A stretch of 20,000 nucleotides of DNA, taken from IMG/VR virus record IMGVR_UViG_3300025789_000021; one strand, 5' to 3'. A program made the position numbers and the translations under genes. The notes below the pieces were generated by a model that was given only the letters and a program-made list of their open reading frames with translations, searched no databases and had not been told where the DNA came from. This DNA is from an uncultured virus (IMG/VR IMGVR_UViG_3300025789_000021) (lineage: Duplodnaviria; Heunggongvirae; Uroviricota; Caudoviricetes). Below are positions 15,380 through 20,000 of the stretch, piece after piece; within the stretch, counting starts at the first letter, position 1; every line of letters begins with the position of its first letter.

Positions 15380-17713
15380 ATGGCAGCAAGACAATTTAAT
15401 GGTGAATATGGATTTTCAGTTGGCAATGCTGCTAACCTGAGTATTATAGCCGATGCCAACGGAAACGTGATTGCAAATTATTTAAGTGTTGCTAATAACG
15501 CAAATGTTAGTGGAAATATTTCCACCACAGGAAATGTCAGTGCTTCTTACTTTATTGGTAATGGTTCTCAGTTAACTGGAATTTCATCATCAGTCAGTGC
15601 GGGCGGCACCAATACACAAGTTCAATACAACAACTCAGGAAACTTCGCAGGTTCATCTGCGTTTACCTTTAATCAGACAACCAATGCTCTTTCTGTGACC
15701 GGTAATATTTCTGGCAATAATTTAACAGTATCAAACAATGTGAGTATCAGTGGAAATTTAACAGCAAATACAACCTCTATAATTGTTGCTAATGCTTCCT
15801 CGTCTACTACCTATGGTCCTAGCGGAATCACCGCTGCCACGGGAAACACGTTATACTTGTTATCTTCCAACGGCTCTGGTGCCAATTTAACATTGTTAAG
15901 TACAGGAACTGTAAAATTATCCGCAAACGGCATTTCTACTACTGCTTGGACAACTAATGGTATTGGTTTGATTCAATCTGCGGCAACGTGGACAGATAAT
16001 ACTTCAACAGGCAGCGCATCTATTACTGGCTACATTGCTGCTACAACACTTACCGTATCGTCTGTAGTGAGTGGTGTTCTTGCTATTGGTCAAACGATTG
16101 CTGGTGCTGGTGTTACTACTGGTACCACTATCACAGGCGGTAGTGGTACAACTTGGACTGTATCTGTAAGTCAGACAGTAGGTAGTGCTGGTAGCCCTAT
16201 AGCTATTACAGCGACTACTGTTATTGGTTCTGCGTACATGAACTATTTCGCGCCGCAAACATATACTTCTGCAAATACTGTTACATTAAACAATATTTAC
16301 GGAACATATTTTGCAGCACCTATTGGGGGCGCAAATACATCAACGTTAAACACGTATGCACTCGGAGCAGATAGTATGCGCGTAAGTGGCAAAGTCACGG
16401 TTGATAACTCTTTGACCGTAGGATTTGGTGTTACCTTTAACGCTACTACATCAAGCGTCACAGCCAACACTATGACTACAGGATCACTTATCCTTGGTGG
16501 ACCTACACAGACTGGTGCGATTACACTTGGACAGTCAACAGCCAACCAAACTGTAAATATTGCCAATGGTGCTACAACTTCTGGTAACACTAAAACAGTC
16601 AATATTGGTACTGCTGGATTATCTGGTTCAAATACTACCATTTTTATTGGCTCTAACGTAGTCAATGCAAACTCAGTGACAACTATTTATGGGCAACACA
16701 TTCTAAATCCAGTTGGTGGTAATGCTATTGCGTGGGCGACAAATGGAGTATCACTAATACAGAACGCAGCAACATGGACTGATACAACCACCGCAGCAAG
16801 CGGGACGGTCCCCACCGCCTACATGAGCGTGTTTAACCCTCAGACTTATGCGGCTGCCAATACATCCGTTACCGTTAGCTCGCTTGTTGGAGCTTATTTT
16901 GCTGACCCAGTTGCTGGCACGAACGTCACGGCTGGTCAAAAGTTTTCACTCAGAGCAGACAGCATTGTTTCCAATGGTTTTGTAAGACTAGACGGTACCG
17001 TCAATATGGGTACCGGGGTCAACTTTACCGGCACCACCACGAGCATTTTGGCGACGGGGCAAACCACCGGCTTGATTACCTTTGGTGGTACCACTGGTAC
17101 CGGTGCAATCACTGTTGGTCAGTCAACAGCAAACCAAACAGTAAGTATTGCCAATGGCGCTACTGCCTCTGGCAACACAAAGACAGTTAACATCGGCACT
17201 GCTGGATTATCTGGTTCAAATACCACTATTGTCATTGGCTCTAACGTAGCAAACGCAAACAGTATTACCACAATGAACGGAACAGTATCGTTTCCGGGAA
17301 CTTCAAGTGCTATTGCCGCTATTATGACAAACACTGCTGAACTTGTCAATATTGTGGCAGCAGCACCGGCAGCAACTCAAACTTTCTATGTAAACCTCGG
17401 TGCTGTTCAGTATTACACGGCAAATGCTACTACAAACTGGACACTAAACGTTGCGTTTTCATCAACACAAACATTTGCTAACGCTATAGCAGTTGGACAA
17501 TCAGTAACTCTCGCGCTGCTTACTACACAGGGTGCAGCAGCTTTTTATAATAGTGCAGTTCAAATTGATGGCACGGCAGTTACTCCATATTGGCAAGGTG
17601 GTACAGCACCCACTTCTGGTAACGCTAATGTTATTGATGTTTATACATATACTATCATTAAAACTGCCGCAACGCCAACCTATACTGTCTTAGCATCTCA
17701 GACTAAGTTCTAA
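15380..17713 (+). CDS. Fibre protein 3 with internal duplication
   Basis: 777 aa, T/G/A/N/S-rich with almost no charged residues. Shares the N-terminal motif of fibres 1 and 2, has a ~180-aa internal repeat, and ends in a WQGGTAPTSGNANVIDVYTYTIIKT domain. Confidence 0.85.
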   Translation: MAARQFNGEYGFSVGNAANLSIIADANGNVIANYLSVANNANVSGNISTTGNVSASYFIGNGSQLTGISSSVSAGGTNTQVQYNNSGNFAGSSAFTFNQTTNALSVTGNISGNNLTVSNNVSISGNLTANTTSIIVANASSSTTYGPSGITAATGNTLYLLSSNGSGANLTLLSTGTVKLSANGISTTAWTTNGIGLIQSAATWTDNTSTGSASITGYIAATTLTVSSVVSGVLAIGQTIAGAGVTTGTTITGGSGTTWTVSVSQTVGSAGSPIAITATTVIGSAYMNYFAPQTYTSANTVTLNNIYGTYFAAPIGGANTSTLNTYALGADSMRVSGKVTVDNSLTVGFGVTFNATTSSVTANTMTTGSLILGGPTQTGAITLGQSTANQTVNIANGATTSGNTKTVNIGTAGLSGSNTTIFIGSNVVNANSVTTIYGQHILNPVGGNAIAWATNGVSLIQNAATWTDTTTAASGTVPTAYMSVFNPQTYAAANTSVTVSSLVGAYFADPVAGTNVTAGQKFSLRADSIVSNGFVRLDGTVNMGTGVNFTGTTTSILATGQTTGLITFGGTTGTGAITVGQSTANQTVSIANGATASGNTKTVNIGTAGLSGSNTTIVIGSNVANANSITTMNGTVSFPGTSSAIAAIMTNTAELVNIVAAAPAATQTFYVNLGAVQYYTANATTNWTLNVAFSSTQTFANAIAVGQSVTLALLTTQGAAAFYNSAVQIDGTAVTPYWQGGTAPTSGNANVIDVYTYTIIKTAATPTYTVLASQTKF
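15944..17272 (+). repeat. Two copies of a ~180-aa module in fibre 3 (15944-16684 with a 67-aa insert; 16730-17272)
   Basis: AW(T/A)TNG..LIQ.AATWTD starts both copies. GAIT(L/V)GQSTANQTV.IANGAT.SGNTKTVNIGTAGLSGSNTTI.IGSNV.NANS.TT ends both (16514 and 17102, offset 588 bp). Confidence 0.9.
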
Positions 17714-17727
17714 AAAGTGAGATAGTT

Positions 17728-18609
17728 ATGCCAAGAATTAGTACATTAGGTAATGGTAGCGCAAAAGGTTATGGATTCGGTGCTAAAGTAAGTTCTGGTG
17801 GCGGTGCTACAGGTTCAGTCACATATTCTACTCCTGGTTCTTATTGCTGGACTGCTCCCGCTTGCGTAACATCTGTATCAGTAGTTGCTGTTGGCGGCGG
17901 CGGTGGTGGATCAAATCCAACTAGAGTATGTATAGGCGGATGTTTTTGTTATGTAGACGGAGGCGGAGGCGGAGGCGGCGGATTAGGATATTACAACAAC
18001 TATACCGTAATCCCAGGATCAAACTACAGGGTAGTGGTAGGAGCAAAAGGAACTGGCGGCAGTCCTGCAGGCTGTGGTAGTCCTCTTAAAAATGGTAATG
18101 CAGGCGGCGATAGTTATTTTGTAAGCACATCTCTCGTTAAAGGTGGTGGTGGTAGTGGTGGCACTACGGCAGCGGGCGGAACCGGTGGTGTTCATGTAGG
18201 AACTGGCGGCGGTAATGGCGGCAAAGGCGGCAACGGATGTTATAGTGGATGTGTACTGAATGTCACAGGTGGCGGCGCAGCAGGATATTCGGGAAACGGG
18301 GGAAATGGGAACTTTGCGGCACCAACAGGAGGAGGCGCGGGTGGTGGATGTAGGTATGGTTTCTATCATGGCGGCGGCGGTGTCGGGTTATTAGGGCAGG
18401 GAACAAGTGGTGGTGTTGGACGAGGCGGTTCTGGTGGAGGCAACGCCTCAGGAGGAACATATGGGACATGCGGTGCGCCCTACGGCGGCGGCGGCGGTGC
18501 TTCTAGATGCTTTACACTTCCGGGTTCAAACGGAGCATGTGGTGCAGTGCGTATCGTCTGGCCAGGTACGACTAGACAATTCCCATCAACTTGTGTTGGT
18601 GCACCATAA
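17728..18609 (+). CDS. Glycine-rich, cysteine-rich adhesin-like virion protein
   Basis: 293 aa with WTAPAxVTSVSVVAVGGGGGG...GAVRIVW framing many poly-Gly runs, a polyglycine-II-type domain conceptually like T-even gp38; 13 Cys. Confidence 0.7.
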   Translation: MPRISTLGNGSAKGYGFGAKVSSGGGATGSVTYSTPGSYCWTAPACVTSVSVVAVGGGGGGSNPTRVCIGGCFCYVDGGGGGGGGLGYYNNYTVIPGSNYRVVVGAKGTGGSPAGCGSPLKNGNAGGDSYFVSTSLVKGGGGSGGTTAAGGTGGVHVGTGGGNGGKGGNGCYSGCVLNVTGGGAAGYSGNGGNGNFAAPTGGGAGGGCRYGFYHGGGGVGLLGQGTSGGVGRGGSGGGNASGGTYGTCGAPYGGGGGASRCFTLPGSNGACGAVRIVWPGTTRQFPSTCVGAP

Positions 18610-18636
18610 CTTATTAACAGGCTAAGATATAGATAA

Positions 18637-18642
18637 TAAATA
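18637..18642 (+). promoter_or_regulatory. Late promoter motif TAAATA
   Basis: AATAAATA in the gap before the oxygenase gene. Confidence 0.5.
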
Positions 18643-18675
18643 CTTTCATATGATATAAATTTGGGATGTGAAATT

Positions 18676-19320
18676 GTGACTGATCTTAAAGAAGACGATA
18701 ATATACTTGTTAGTGAATTTTACTTCCCATCTGGGATTTATAAGATAAAAAAACCTGAATTCATTGAATCTGCAAAAAAGGTCATGAAAAACAGCCTCAG
18801 TTGCTGCAATGAAGAAGTAAACGAAATTTATCCAATTTCACATACTTCACATATGTTTGATGAAGAATTGGCGGATTTACTGAATTACATAGCACAGACT
18901 GGATGGAACATTCTTGAATCTCAGGGATATGACATGTCACTATATGATACCAGCGTCACTGATTTTTGGGGACAAAAATTATTAAAACATGGACAACAAC
19001 ACGAACATATTCATGGGTTTGGTGCACAGTTGGTCGGTTTTTATTTTTTAAATGTTCCAGAAAAAAGTACCAGACCATTCATCGTTGATCCAAGACCAGC
19101 AAAAATTCAAATAAATTTGCCACAGACAAATGGGTCGCTTGCCACCTATGGATCAGACAAAGTAAATTTTGATGTCAACGCTGGCGATTTATTTTTCACT
19201 AATGCTTGGTTAGCACATGGATTTGAACCTAATGCATCAGATGAGCCATTTGAGTTTATCCATTTTATTATACACGCTGTTCCTACTAAAAATACAAATG
19301 AAACTCCGGAGGTAATATGA
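18676..19320 (+). CDS. Putative 2OG-Fe(II) oxygenase (TIGR02466 / 2OG-FeII_Oxy_5-like)
   Basis: F(P)S N-terminus, WGQ...HEHIH..LVGFYFL, DPRP, GDLFFTNAWLAHG..FIHF. The start is probably GTG 18676 after GGGA; the track start is 18661. Confidence 0.8.
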   Translation: MTDLKEDDNILVSEFYFPSGIYKIKKPEFIESAKKVMKNSLSCCNEEVNEIYPISHTSHMFDEELADLLNYIAQTGWNILESQGYDMSLYDTSVTDFWGQKLLKHGQQHEHIHGFGAQLVGFYFLNVPEKSTRPFIVDPRPAKIQINLPQTNGSLATYGSDKVNFDVNAGDLFFTNAWLAHGFEPNASDEPFEFIHFIIHAVPTKNTNETPEVI

Positions 19321-19541
19321 TTGCGGAATATCACATACGCTTTAATAAAAGACATGGACAGCAAAATTGGGGAGACGTTGATAGTGTCTGGCGAGTAATC
19401 GGTGGAGGAAGAAACTTGATAGTCAAACATGTCAAAATTAATGTTCCTTGTCGTGGAGAAAAAACTGGACATGATTGGAGTATGGTGTGTGATGGGACCC
19501 TTACTTTAGATGAAGAAACGTCTACGGCAACTATTGATTAA
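19317..19541 (+). CDS. Small beta-rich hypothetical phage protein
   Basis: 74 aa; GGAGG RBS and ATGA overlap with the oxygenase stop; YHIRFNK..G...VWRV...KHVKINVP...DWSMVCDG. Confidence 0.8.
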   Translation: MIAEYHIRFNKRHGQQNWGDVDSVWRVIGGGRNLIVKHVKINVPCRGEKTGHDWSMVCDGTLTLDEETSTATID

Positions 19542-19581
19542 GGTGTTATTTTATGTATGTACGGATTAAAGGCAATTTATA

Positions 19582-20000
19582 ATGACAGTAACTTTTAGTA
19601 ATTTGAATTTAATTCAAAATCCGTTAACAACATACTGGACAAATTATTATTTCGGTATTGCTAATGCATTTTACCAGCCCCAGTTATTGGGGACGGACTC
19701 CAATTCAAATGTATATTTTTCTACGACAACAGGAGGATATATATCAAAAGTAAATAACACGGGTGATACTATATTATGGCAAAATCAGTTCCAAGTACCC
19801 TATGCTTATACAAATTACTTTTCAGCATCTCCCAGCGGAAATTATATAGCATATTCCAGTCCAGTTACAGTAACGGGAACGAATCCTAATCAATTAGCAA
19901 CATATGGGTTGGCATTATTAAATTCTTCTGGAAGTGTAGTTTTTAGTTTGACCAGTCCGAGTATTGCTCTGAGTACATCTTCACAGCATGCTATAACACC
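19582..20000 (+). CDS. Probable beta-propeller-repeat virion protein, 5' part (runs off the window)
   Basis: The frame from ATG 19582 is open to the window end: MTVTFSNLNLIQNPLTTYWTNYY...GTDSNSNVYF...ISKVNNTGDTILWQ... DSNxNVY and KxNxxG..WQ resemble propeller-blade motifs. Confidence 0.55.
   Translation, partial: MTVTFSNLNLIQNPLTTYWTNYYFGIANAFYQPQLLGTDSNSNVYFSTTTGGYISKVNNTGDTILWQNQFQVPYAYTNYFSASPSGNYIAYSSPVTVTGTNPNQLATYGLALLNSSGSVVFSLTSPSIALSTSSQHAIT

Noticed and set aside
16514..17272. Diversity-generating retroelement template/variable repeat pair
   Set aside because: Both copies are coding in one gene, differences are mostly synonymous and not adenine-specific, and there is no reverse transcriptase in the window.
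17959..17982. (GGAGGC)3 and similar Gly-codon runs (also 11768-11788) as phase-variation tracts
   Set aside because: They are explained by poly-Gly coding; unit lengths are multiples of three, so slippage would not switch the frame.
1..20000. Stop-codon reassignment (no called gene ends in TAG)
   Set aside because: All conserved genes are intact in the standard code and none needs TAG or TGA read-through; TAG avoidance alone is common.
1..20000. CRISPR array or tRNA genes
   Set aside because: No regularly spaced repeats were seen, and the intergenic gaps are too short or lack tRNA motifs.

Overview
This window is from a T4-related large myovirus-like phage, with every credible gene on the + strand. 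In order it holds: the 3' part of a tape-measure/baseplate-hub-like gene; a complete head module (portal g20, small head protein, acidic prohead core, protease g21, scaffold g22, major capsid g23, terminator); a free-standing GIY-YIG homing endonuclease; an accessory cluster (small ORFs, a GNAT-like protein, two tandem T7 gp0.7-like kinases); three paralogous modular fibre genes; a Gly/Cys-rich adhesin-like gene; a 2OG-Fe(II) oxygenase; and a truncated beta-propeller-like gene. A TAAATA late-promoter motif recurs in about nine intergenic gaps. The most interesting signal is a shared N-terminal M[KR][IL]xE leader carrying gp21-type cleavage sites. It is present on both kinases, the GNAT, one unknown protein and a head-module protein, which suggests protein-modifying enzymes that are packaged in the capsid and co-injected with the DNA. 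Other oddities are a three-hairpin region with a perfect 26-bp palindrome before the protease gene, a codon-shifted 3' end of the capsid gene beside the homing endonuclease, and probable leaderless late mRNAs. All family calls come from recognising motifs by eye; no searches were run.
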